Virus record (IMG/VR): IMGVR_UViG_3300012346_000035
Location: 1-54,720 of that record
From: a virus
Lineage: Duplodnaviria; Caudoviricetes
Reading direction: 5' to 3' (one strand)
DNA: 54,720 nt
The position numbers were made by a program, and so were the translations under genes. The notes below the pieces were generated by a model. It saw nothing but the letters and a program-made list of their open reading frames with translations. It did not search any database and had not been told where the DNA came from. Numbering within the stretch: the stretch's first letter is position 1; each line of letters begins with the position of its first letter. This document shows positions 8,760-17,425 of this stretch, one piece after another.

Positions 8760-11700
8760 ATGGCTAACGAATTTGATTTGCCTATAGCAGGAGTATCTGT
8801 TCAAGGTGCCCCTGCAGATGTAGTACCCACAGTAACACCAGAACAACAGAAGGCTATGCAAGATGTACCTGCCTCTGAGTTTGATCTGCCTATCTCAGGT
8901 GTAGAAAAACCTAAGTCTGAGTTTGATTTACCTATCGAGAAAGCTCCTGAGTTTAAGTATCAGGAAGATGTACAAATCCAACGTATCAAAGGTACAGCAG
9001 AAGAGCGTAAGGCTGGAGTACAGAAGGAAGTACCCTTTGAAGATTTGTATAAGAACAAAGACAACCTAAACATTATCCGTGAATACGGTGTAGCACGTTT
9101 TGGTGAGTCAGGTAAGCAGAAGGCAGATGAGTCTGACGAAGACTATGCTAAGCGTTTCATGACAGCTATGAGACAGGTAGAGTGGAACACTTCTCTGAAT
9201 GCTATCCCTGAATTAAACTGGCTTAACAATGCCAAGCCTGAAGATGTACTCAAGGCTTCTCGTGCCCACAATTTGTATGATGCTGTACCTTCATGGTATT
9301 CCAAAGGTGGACAGCCGGGTGCTAGACCTTTCGGTGAGGCAGTTTTATCTGCAGTCAGTGAACCTACTAACTTACTCAGTGCTGGTATCGGTGCTGGTGC
9401 TAGGTATGCAGTAGCTCGTGAAGCCATTAAGAATGTTCTTAGCTCTAAGCTAAAGACTATTGGTGCAGCAGCTGCAGCTGAAACAGTTATCGGTGCTGGT
9501 CAGAATGTGATTGATCAGGATGTGAGACGTAAGACTGGTGTTCAGGAAGATGAACTCAAGCTAGGTGAATTGGCTATTGCTTCAGGCTTAAGTGCTTTTG
9601 GTGGTGGTGTTGAAGCTGCAGGTGCAGTATTCGGTAAGGGCAGTAAGACTACCAAGAAAGAACTAGAAGAAATCCTAGCAGGTAAGAAAGCTAAGAGTAA
9701 GCTAAAGCCGGACCCAGCTACAGATGAATTGAATAAAGCTTTTGATAAGTCACAAGAAGACTTACTCAATGAGTTTGATATCTTTGAAGGTCGTAAGACT
9801 TTAGATAAGATCTCAGAACCTACTGACTTAACCCAAGCAGAGATCCGTACTGACATTAATAGACGAGCTATTGATGTAGCTAAGTACATCATGCTTCTGT
9901 CACCAGAATTCAGACCAGCCAATGGTCAGAAGGTAAGTGATGCAGTTAAGAATGTATTCCAATCTATTGACAATGTTACTGACGAAGTCATTGATGCTGC
10001 TCTTAAGAAAGCTAATCTAACCCCAGCAGAGTTTGCTCAGGCTACCCGTACCACTGTTGCTGATGCAGCTACGGTATTACAGGGATACTCTGCACTTGCC
10101 CGTACACTTAAGAAAGTAGCTAGCCTAGATCCTGAGACTGAGAAGCTCATTGAGAATCTCTATGGTCGTGATCACGAGTCTGTGTCTATGGTAGGTAACT
10201 TCCTACGGGTTATGAATCGTTTAGAGCGTGAGTCTAAAGCTCTAGTGGTATCTGGTATTGGTACTACTGTACGTAACATCTTAGGTACTGGTACTAACAT
10301 CACATTTGATGCTGCATCTAAAGTAATCGAAGGTGCTTTGTACACTACAGGTAAGGCTATTACTGGTGTGGTATCTGGCAACTACCAGAAGGGTGATATC
10401 ACTAACGGTATTGTAGATACAATGAAGGATGCCTTTACTACCCTAGGCAACATGACTAACTCAGGCTTGACTGCTGAGACAGTAGACTTAATCCTCAAGG
10501 ATAACCCAAGACTACAGAATCAACTGTTCAGTGCAATGCAGGAAAGTGATAAGGCAGACCTGAGTAAAGTAGCTCGTGTAGCTAACACACTTAACGTAGC
10601 ACAGGATGCCTTCTTTAGACGGGCTATCTTTGCTGCCAGTGTAGAACGTCAGCTAAGACGTGTTGGTGTGGATATGATGGATGTATTAGCCAATAACAAA
10701 TCAATCCCTCCAGATGTCCTTAAAAACGCTGCAGACGAGACTTTGAAGGCTACCTTTAGCTACACCCCTAAACAGCAGAAAGCTACCCAAAAGGGCGTAG
10801 AAGCAGCCGCAGAGGGATTGGCTCATGACTTCGTTAGTTTCTTTGAGAAGGTACCCGGTGGTTCCTTGATGGTTACCTTCCCTCGATTCATGTCTAATGC
10901 TATTGCATTCCAGTATAAGCATAGCCCATTCGGTGCTGTCTCTGGTATGGGAGATATTGCTACAGGTGCAGTGCGAGTAGCTAAGGGTGAGGATGGTGGA
11001 CAAGCCCAGTTAAATCATGGCTTAGAGAAACTCAGTAAAGGTGTAGTAGGTACTGCTGCTATTTATGCTGCCTACAAGTACCGTATGGAGAATCAAGACA
11101 GTGAATGGTTTAATGTCAAGAATGAAGACGGAAGTACAGTCGATATCCGTGGGGTATTTCCTATTGGTCCTTACATGGCTGTTGGGGATTTTATTGCCAA
11201 ACAGAAACTGGGGCGTACTGAAGATGCTAAGTTTGGGGAATTGGCTGAGGCTATTGTAGGTATGAAGATGCCTGCTGGTACTCAAGCTTCTATCCTAGAT
11301 GAGTTACCTAATGTGCTGGCTGGTACAGAAGGCAAGGCTACTGAACGTGCAGGTAAAGCTATTGGTCGTATTATGGGTGACTTCGTTGGTAGGTTTACTA
11401 CCCCTGCTAAGTCTGCCTTTGAATACTTTGATCTGTTTGATCAAGAAGGACAGATAGCTAGAGATCCTAATGTGGTAGAAGGTAAGGGTGAATTCCTCAA
11501 GACTGCACAGCAAGCTGCAGTACAAAGAGTGATGGCTAAGATACCGGGATTGAAAGAAGACTTACCTGAGTTCCAACCTTACTTCTCAGACAAGGCTCCT
11601 GTACGTGCTGGTGAATTCTTTAACAGCTTATCTGGTGTACGGGTAACCCCACGTAAGGGTCCTATTGAGAATGAGTTTGTTAAGCTCAAGCTAGATCCGT

Positions 11701-12077
11701 ATGCATTCTTTGGTAGTACTGGGGATAAGGTATATGATCGTGCCTTCATTAAGACTTCAGTTCCATATGTAGAGAACCGTATCACTAACTTACTTAACAG
11801 TGATAGATACAAGGGCTACACTCTGGATCAGAAGCGTATGGCTATGGCTACGAATCTACAAGAGACTCTTGGTATGGCACGAGAGATTACTCAGGCTCAG
11901 ATGACTGCTAGTGATAGAGAACGTATTAACACTATGAGATTTAATAAGCTACCTGCTGTTGCACGTAGAGCTATTAATGAGTTGTATGCTGCAGAGCATG
12001 ATGGTGTGACAATGGATAAAGCTAAGGACTACGGACAAGTCTATAAGTACGAAGCTTTAATCCAACAGTTTAGATAA
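8760..12077 (+). CDS. Large internal virion / ejection protein
   Basis: 1105 aa, last gene of late arm, three N-terminal EFDLPI repeats, Gly/Ala-rich hydrophobic segments. Confidence 0.6.
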   Translation: MANEFDLPIAGVSVQGAPADVVPTVTPEQQKAMQDVPASEFDLPISGVEKPKSEFDLPIEKAPEFKYQEDVQIQRIKGTAEERKAGVQKEVPFEDLYKNKDNLNIIREYGVARFGESGKQKADESDEDYAKRFMTAMRQVEWNTSLNAIPELNWLNNAKPEDVLKASRAHNLYDAVPSWYSKGGQPGARPFGEAVLSAVSEPTNLLSAGIGAGARYAVAREAIKNVLSSKLKTIGAAAAAETVIGAGQNVIDQDVRRKTGVQEDELKLGELAIASGLSAFGGGVEAAGAVFGKGSKTTKKELEEILAGKKAKSKLKPDPATDELNKAFDKSQEDLLNEFDIFEGRKTLDKISEPTDLTQAEIRTDINRRAIDVAKYIMLLSPEFRPANGQKVSDAVKNVFQSIDNVTDEVIDAALKKANLTPAEFAQATRTTVADAATVLQGYSALARTLKKVASLDPETEKLIENLYGRDHESVSMVGNFLRVMNRLERESKALVVSGIGTTVRNILGTGTNITFDAASKVIEGALYTTGKAITGVVSGNYQKGDITNGIVDTMKDAFTTLGNMTNSGLTAETVDLILKDNPRLQNQLFSAMQESDKADLSKVARVANTLNVAQDAFFRRAIFAASVERQLRRVGVDMMDVLANNKSIPPDVLKNAADETLKATFSYTPKQQKATQKGVEAAAEGLAHDFVSFFEKVPGGSLMVTFPRFMSNAIAFQYKHSPFGAVSGMGDIATGAVRVAKGEDGGQAQLNHGLEKLSKGVVGTAAIYAAYKYRMENQDSEWFNVKNEDGSTVDIRGVFPIGPYMAVGDFIAKQKLGRTEDAKFGELAEAIVGMKMPAGTQASILDELPNVLAGTEGKATERAGKAIGRIMGDFVGRFTTPAKSAFEYFDLFDQEGQIARDPNVVEGKGEFLKTAQQAAVQRVMAKIPGLKEDLPEFQPYFSDKAPVRAGEFFNSLSGVRVTPRKGPIENEFVKLKLDPYAFFGSTGDKVYDRAFIKTSVPYVENRITNLLNSDRYKGYTLDQKRMAMATNLQETLGMAREITQAQMTASDRERINTMRFNKLPAVARRAINELYAAEHDGVTMDKAKDYGQVYKYEALIQQFR

Positions 12078-12335
12078 TCACTTATATAAAAACACAGGAG
12101 TGTGTTCACCTACGAATGCACCCTGTGTGTTGTACTCGAAGTACTCCACTGCATCATCCTCCGACATGTTCTCATACTTAGCTAGTAGCTTAATGCATTT
12201 AACTGCATCATAGCAAATGGCTTGTACTTGATTTGTTCTCTGTACTACACCCACAATAGCTTTATCAAAGTAGCTAGGCTCTAGCATCATCAGCTCTACG
12301 TCTGGGTATTCTTCTGCAATTCTATAGCGGTTCAT
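12078..12335 (-). CDS. Conserved phage hypothetical protein (likely ATG 12335; frame open back to the nrdJ stop)
   Basis: FDKAIVG...YD...MSEDDAVEYFEYNTQGAFVGEHTP motif. Confidence 0.7.
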   Translation of the reverse strand: MNRYRIAEEYPDVELMMLEPSYFDKAIVGVVQRTNQVQAICYDAVKCIKLLAKYENMSEDDAVEYFEYNTQGAFVGEHTPVFLYK

Positions 12336-12355
12336 GTTATCTCTTTCATAAGAAG

Positions 12356-12389
12356 TGTGGGGTTTCTTGTGCTGGTACCCCACAACCAG
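12356..12389 (-). other. H-type RNA pseudoknot 6 nt downstream of the nrdJ stop
   Basis: Minus strand CUGGU-UGUGGGGU-ACCAG-CACAAGAA-ACCCCACA: two interleaved perfect stems. Confidence 0.6.
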
Positions 12390-12395
12390 TGTTAC

Positions 12396-14303
12396 TTAGA
12401 TACTACAACCACCCGCAGTACAAGACAACATCTGAGCACCTTCTACGTTATCGTCATACTCTTTGAAGTTATCCCAGTCTACTGACTCAGGCACTAACAA
12501 CTTCAATCGATTGTACTCTTCTTCTGTACACTCTTCATACGGGGCTTGCTTGTATGTGCCACCATCCATAGGCAGGAAAGATACCCCTGTAACCTCATCG
12601 AAGTGTTCATATACCCAAGCACCTACCTGCATCCACTCGTCTTCCTTCACAGAGATTGTGACAGATGGCTTGTGTTCACAGTAGTGACGTTGGAATAACA
12701 GCCACAGTTTCAAGTGTTGAATAGCAGATAAGTCTTCACGTAACAGTGCACCATCTGCAACCTTCACAGGGAAACTAAACACAGTAGTGCTATCAGGTTT
12801 CATGAAGCATGGCTCTGCTACGAATCCAGCCTGAATCATAAACTGTGTCAAAGGGTCTTTGTTATCAGCCCGAACCCTGCGAATGTAAAACTTACTATGT
12901 TGAGGATGAATGCCACTAGCAGTAGAACAAAGCTGGCTAACAGTTCCTTCTGGTTTGATCGCAGTGACAGCAACTGACTGATTGATACCAACAGCAGCAG
13001 CGTATTCAGCATTGACAGTAACAGCAAGCTCACGTAGTGCCTCCAATCGTTTAGGTAATTCTGGATCATCAGGGTTATTTAATAAAGCATTGTCAAGGAT
13101 ACCAGTCATTGACACACCAAGCAATGCTTCTTCTTCAGTGTTCTTCTGCCAGATCTTACGTAGGTACGGGAAGTCTGTTAAGGTCGCTTGAAATGTTCCG
13201 AGAATAGTTGCCAACCGTATCTTAGTGGATAGAGTATCAATGCTATCAGTGCTACGCACAATGCAACTAGAAAGATTACAGAACTGGTAAGGTCTAAGAA
13301 TAATCTCTGAGCAAGGATTAGTACCAAACTCATACGAACTGTCACGCCTTCCATTTTTTGCAGCTTGTCTTTGAGATGCATCACGACTGAAAATTCCTCT
13401 CTCACCTGAATGTGATTCATAAATAGATGTCCACTCACGCATGAAGTGTCCAATGCTTGGCTTCTCGTCATACACAGCAGAGTTGTTAGCCAATGCACGT
13501 TGTGCTTGACCATCCCACCAGTTACCTGCTTTAGCATGTGCCATGTTGTCATCTGTCAAGTCTGACAGTGAGATCATTGCTGACCTACGTACTCCACCCA
13601 CAACAACAACTTCCCCGATCTTGCACAGAATGTCATGGCATTCGAGGGAAGATAAACGTCTACCAGCTGCCCCCTTGAACTTGGCAATGACGAACTTAAA
13701 TAAGTCTTCCAAGGGTTTTGGTCCAGATGCCCTGCCTCCAAAGGTCTTGAGTCTTGCACCTGCCTCACGGACTTTATGTAAGTCATACTGTGGCACTTCG
13801 CCAGAGTACAAAAGAGCAATGAGTTGTCGAAGAGATTTAGCCCATCCTTCTTTAGAATCCGAAACCACAATAGTAGTTTGACTACTGAACATGCGATCAG
13901 GTACTTCAGGTAATCTAGATACATACTTCTTCTCCACACTAAATCCTACACCTGTTCCGCATAGGAGGATATACATAGCTTCATCGAATGCTTTAGCATC
14001 ATCAATAGGTAAGTAGGAACAATTGAATGCTGCTACGTTCTGTCTCTCTAGTGCTGGTCCAGAGGTCATGACGGCTCTCATGGATGGCACTACATCTAAA
14101 TCTTTTACTGCTTGTTCTAACTCGGCACGTAACTCTGGAGTTAAAGTGTAATTCTTTTTCTCTTGCAGATGCTTTGTCATAAAGTCAAAGTATCTTGTTA
14201 CTGTCTCACTCCAGTGCTCACGTCTACCGTTCTCGTCTATGTAACGGGAATAGCGACTCTTGGCAATGAAGTCATTGTATGGAGTCATTGTATATTTCGT
14301 CAT
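12396..14303 (-). CDS. nrdJ: Class II (adenosylcobalamin-dependent) ribonucleotide reductase, monomeric RTPR type
   Basis: FNCSY, TNPCSEI (thiyl Cys), QFCNL, KPEGTVSQL, C-terminal CTAGGC; no nrdB partner. Confidence 0.92.
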   Translation of the reverse strand: MTKYTMTPYNDFIAKSRYSRYIDENGRREHWSETVTRYFDFMTKHLQEKKNYTLTPELRAELEQAVKDLDVVPSMRAVMTSGPALERQNVAAFNCSYLPIDDAKAFDEAMYILLCGTGVGFSVEKKYVSRLPEVPDRMFSSQTTIVVSDSKEGWAKSLRQLIALLYSGEVPQYDLHKVREAGARLKTFGGRASGPKPLEDLFKFVIAKFKGAAGRRLSSLECHDILCKIGEVVVVGGVRRSAMISLSDLTDDNMAHAKAGNWWDGQAQRALANNSAVYDEKPSIGHFMREWTSIYESHSGERGIFSRDASQRQAAKNGRRDSSYEFGTNPCSEIILRPYQFCNLSSCIVRSTDSIDTLSTKIRLATILGTFQATLTDFPYLRKIWQKNTEEEALLGVSMTGILDNALLNNPDDPELPKRLEALRELAVTVNAEYAAAVGINQSVAVTAIKPEGTVSQLCSTASGIHPQHSKFYIRRVRADNKDPLTQFMIQAGFVAEPCFMKPDSTTVFSFPVKVADGALLREDLSAIQHLKLWLLFQRHYCEHKPSVTISVKEDEWMQVGAWVYEHFDEVTGVSFLPMDGGTYKQAPYEECTEEEYNRLKLLVPESVDWDNFKEYDDNVEGAQMLSCTAGGCSI

Positions 14304-14333
14304 GAATAATACCTATCTTATTGATTTTATTGG

Positions 14334-14368
14334 AAAAAAATAGGAGCACAGTGTTATCTGCACTCCCA
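14334..14368 (-). terminator. Intrinsic terminator in the nrdJ 5' leader
   Basis: UGGGAGUGCAG-AUAACA-CUGUGCUCCUA then U7, ending ~30 nt before the nrdJ ATG. Confidence 0.75.
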
Positions 14369-14381
14369 GCGGGGGGACTCT

Positions 14382-14410
14382 AGTTATACCTAAAATTCCT
14401 GCTAAAGCAA
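14382..14410 (-). promoter_or_regulatory. Sigma70-like promoter upstream of nrdJ
   Basis: TTGCTT-N16-TATAACT, same geometry as sites at 37125 and 47902. Confidence 0.55.
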
Positions 14411-14435
14411 CTGCCCTTCTATGTCGTTGTTTTTA

Positions 14436-14699
14436 TTAGAAATAATAAGTCTGTGTCTTGGGACCACAGGTTACATCGATGATGATGTCAGTATCCCAGT
14501 CATTAACTCTACGTTTAGCCATAATGAGAATGGGTCTCAGCTTAGCTGCTTCACAATCTCCGATTGCCATGATCACTTCTTGCCTACTCATTGGCTGTGC
14601 ACGTTTGTGTACAACTAGAGTGGACTCAGATCCGTAAGGGGATGATGCACATCCTACTAATGCTGCTGATACTGCTGCGATACTTAGAACTACTTTCAT
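14436..14699 (-). CDS. Small lipoprotein
   Basis: Signal peptide with lipobox LVGC. Confidence 0.7.
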   Translation of the reverse strand: MKVVLSIAAVSAALVGCASSPYGSESTLVVHKRAQPMSRQEVIMAIGDCEAAKLRPILIMAKRRVNDWDTDIIIDVTCGPKTQTYYF

Positions 14700-14700
14700 T

Positions 14701-15060
14701 TTAAATCTCCTTGTTGGTAGCTAACTGCCTAATTGCCTTAGCTATGACCGATGCAAAACTGCTACTGGGTGGTATTACTACTGGTGAATCATTAAATCTT
14801 TCTACTAATCTTGCTGCTTCGTCTAGTGCATTAGCTCTATCTGCTGATCCGAACATTTCAAAGTGTGCTACTTCTTCTTCAAGGGTCAGTATAACATCAC
14901 ATAAATTCTCTTGCACTTGCCATAGAGCATACTCTATTTCTGGTCTGTGGTCAAACCACTCAGAGTCTTTAGCTGCAACCATAGCACAAGTAGCAATACC
15001 CAGTGCTCTCTTCAGTGATACCAAGCTGTTATCAAACACTTCATCAGGCACCTGTGCCAT
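14701..15060 (-). CDS. Hypothetical protein
   Basis: ORF with GGAG RBS in operon. Confidence 0.6.
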   Translation of the reverse strand: MAQVPDEVFDNSLVSLKRALGIATCAMVAAKDSEWFDHRPEIEYALWQVQENLCDVILTLEEEVAHFEMFGSADRANALDEAARLVERFNDSPVVIPPSSSFASVIAKAIRQLATNKEI

Positions 15061-15625
15061 TGTCTTCTCCTAGTATATAGTCTGCTGCTTTCAGTTGAAT
15101 CAATTCTCTAGCAGTCAAGTATACATCACTTGCTGGTAGTAACTTTGATTGTATCTTCAATGCACTTAAGCCTGTTGCATCCCGTAGTATCTTAATCATT
15201 CTAGCATTACAGTTCTCTACTTCTTTTACTGCTGACTTGATGTCATGATACTTGTCTGTAATGTCATCCGATAACTGGTGACACATGATGCCTGCATTGG
15301 GTGCAATGTATCGCTCACCCTTAGTGCCACACACAAAGATCAAGAAGCCACCACTCATGATACTACCTAGTCCAATGGTACGGATAGGATGCTTACTGCT
15401 TTTCATAATGTCAATCAGTGCTAGTGACTGGTACAAATCTCCACCTGTAGTGTTGACATAGAGAGTGAGTAACTTATCCTTAGCATCAATGTTTTCATAC
15501 TCAATCCATTTGATGCATCGGTCTATGTTCTCCTCCTCTATATCTCCATGAAGAAAGAACATGTGACTGTCGAGTAGAAGATTATCAATCCTATCCTCTG
15601 CTGTCTGTTCATGTCTACGTACCAC
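15044..15625 (-). CDS. clpP: ClpP-like serine protease
   Basis: LYVNTTGG, GSIMSGG (Ser), IMCHQ (His), DVYLTA (Asp), AD.I tail align with ClpP motifs. Confidence 0.85.
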   Translation of the reverse strand: MVRRHEQTAEDRIDNLLLDSHMFFLHGDIEEENIDRCIKWIEYENIDAKDKLLTLYVNTTGGDLYQSLALIDIMKSSKHPIRTIGLGSIMSGGFLIFVCGTKGERYIAPNAGIMCHQLSDDITDKYHDIKSAVKEVENCNARMIKILRDATGLSALKIQSKLLPASDVYLTARELIQLKAADYILGEDNGTGA

Positions 15626-16061
15626 TTGGGATCTCCACTAGTTCTAGTTTACTAATCGGTACCTGAAAAAACATCTCACCTTTGTACACATACTTGTTAG
15701 GCACTTCAACTACTGGGGATTCCAATAGGGATACGTGACTACATAAGAATGCATGGCTTCGTTCATTATTAAATATCATAAAGTAAGCTGGCTTATCTAG
15801 CTTAGCAAACTTAGCCTTACGCTCAGGTATCTGCAGTGTGTCGTACTTAAACTCCGAACCCTTCCACACTTTCTTTATCTCTACTTCACAATAGAATACT
15901 TCCTTGCCTGTATTCACAATCAGATCTACAGCATAGCGATCAGGATGATCTTCTACTGTGTGACCCAAGGATGTCCAATACTTCTTGGCTGAATCCCTTG
16001 CTGTCCCGTCTGTCTCGTTAAATAGTTCTCTATCAAATCTCTTACGGATAGGGGCAGTCAT
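15615..16061 (-). CDS. PD-(D/E)XK-like nuclease-fold protein
   Basis: YAVDLIV...CEVEIKKVW. Confidence 0.5.
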   Translation of the reverse strand: MTAPIRKRFDRELFNETDGTARDSAKKYWTSLGHTVEDHPDRYAVDLIVNTGKEVFYCEVEIKKVWKGSEFKYDTLQIPERKAKFAKLDKPAYFMIFNNERSHAFLCSHVSLLESPVVEVPNKYVYKGEMFFQVPISKLELVEIPSGT

Positions 16062-16249
16062 AGGTCAGTCTCCACTTCAATAAAGAACTCGTTGACTTCT
16101 TCTGCACCTAAATCGTAGACAGCATCTTTAATTGCTTCTTGCAATACTTCTTGAAGGTACTCAGGATCTTGGTATGTAGGTGGTACAGTGTCATAGTCTA
16201 CGACTAATTCAAACCGTACCTCGACAAAGAGAGGGGAAGATGTACTCAC
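16058..16249 (-). CDS. Small acidic hypothetical protein
   Basis: Overlaps both neighbours by 4 nt. Confidence 0.55.
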   Translation of the reverse strand: MSTSSPLFVEVRFELVVDYDTVPPTYQDPEYLQEVLQEAIKDAVYDLGAEEVNEFFIEVETDL

Positions 16250-16647
16250 CAGTTTACCCCTTCAGTCTCGTTAATCAATCGAGCCATACGACTAAGGTAC
16301 GTCTTGGCTTTCTCAATCTCCTTAGCATTAGTGGTGCTGTCTTTGTCTAACAGAATCGATAAGACTGTGCCATGACAAAAGCTGATAGCATCCCATGGTC
16401 CTAGTACTTGTACGATTTGTTCAAAGGCTTCCTCTTCTTCGATCATCAGGTACACAGACTCAGTGTCTCCTCGATCCTCATCTGCCTCATCGAACAAAGA
16501 TCCTTGAAAGATATCTTCGTCATCTTTGGAATACACTGGATCTTCTTCGTACACCTTACTTGTTCTAAGAAAATCCCAATGCCCTTTAGCTGCAGCATTC
16601 CACTCCTCACCGGAACACTCATCGATTGACATGCGACCATCACCCAT
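16246..16647 (-). CDS. Hypothetical protein with degenerate DUF3310-like C-terminus
   Basis: ISFCHGTV...KEIEKAKTYL resembles GFC.GN..KY...DL.KA.WYL. Confidence 0.45.
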   Translation of the reverse strand: MGDGRMSIDECSGEEWNAAAKGHWDFLRTSKVYEEDPVYSKDDEDIFQGSLFDEADEDRGDTESVYLMIEEEEAFEQIVQVLGPWDAISFCHGTVLSILLDKDSTTNAKEIEKAKTYLSRMARLINETEGVNW

Positions 16648-16976
16648 TATGCATTCCCCTGTGTTGGTGTCCATTGTGTAAGATCAAATGTGGCATCAAA
16701 CAAATCTGAGTGTGGGTCAAACTGCAACTCACCTGCCTTAACCATCTCATCCATCTTCTCTGATACAGTGTTGCCAAACTTCTCATCTGTATTAAGTAAA
16801 TGAAAGCAAGTCACTACACCTTGAGCAAGACCAACGATCTCAGTGTAAGCATCTTCATCTAAGTTGTCGGATGGCATACAGATCATGTTCAGATCTACTG
16901 TGCCATTCCATTCTTTACCTTCAAAGTTAGGTCGAATGATGAGCACGATGTCATCTTTTTTGATAGGGCTAGTCAT
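16647..16976 (-). CDS. Hypothetical protein
   Basis: ORF coupled to neighbours. Confidence 0.6.
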   Translation of the reverse strand: MTSPIKKDDIVLIIRPNFEGKEWNGTVDLNMICMPSDNLDEDAYTEIVGLAQGVVTCFHLLNTDEKFGNTVSEKMDEMVKAGELQFDPHSDLFDATFDLTQWTPTQGNA

Positions 16977-17424
16977 GCTTGGTTCCTTTGTATGGATTAA
17001 ATTTTAGAGGCATTTCTTTTTTAGGCTTTTCAATAAGCCAATCTTCAGGTATCTTTTTATCTGCATACAGGAAGCCTTGCTTAATGCACCACTCAGCGTA
17101 AGTAGTTTTAGATTGCTTACTTAACTTACGTTTACTGCTACTGAATACAAATCTAATGTCTAGATGTGGATGTTGTTTCTTAACTAAGGTATGCTTACGC
17201 CTATCTTCTGCCGTAAACAATCCCTTGGTTTCAATGATGATGCCGTTAGGGAGTAGGAAGTCTGGGGTATATCTTCTATAACACAGGTCTTCCCACTCGA
17301 TCTTAATCGACTCATACTCAGCATCGATAGAAGCTTCCTCTAAGTCTGCTTGCACTGTCACTTCGAGACCACTACGATATCCCTTGACATGAGCAGGCAT
17401 AAAGTTCTTCTTACCGAATGCCAT
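16969..17424 (-). CDS. Endonuclease I (T7 gp3-like Holliday junction resolvase)
   Basis: YRSGLE, YTPDFLLPNGIIIETKG, HPHLDIRFVF. Confidence 0.9.
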   Translation of the reverse strand: MAFGKKNFMPAHVKGYRSGLEVTVQADLEEASIDAEYESIKIEWEDLCYRRYTPDFLLPNGIIIETKGLFTAEDRRKHTLVKKQHPHLDIRFVFSSSKRKLSKQSKTTYAEWCIKQGFLYADKKIPEDWLIEKPKKEMPLKFNPYKGTKHD

Positions 17425-17425
17425 G

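Noticed and set aside
8760-12077. Virion RNA polymerase that would read the hairpins
   Set aside because: Only an isolated DFVGR; no other polymerase motifs seen and far smaller than N4 vRNAP; a structure search would settle it
12356-12389. preQ1-I riboswitch
   Set aside because: Similar size pseudoknot but lacks the conserved loop and A-rich tail; no queuosine gene downstream
14304-14435. Cobalamin riboswitch upstream of the B12-dependent nrdJ
   Set aside because: Leader too short and no B12-box recognisable
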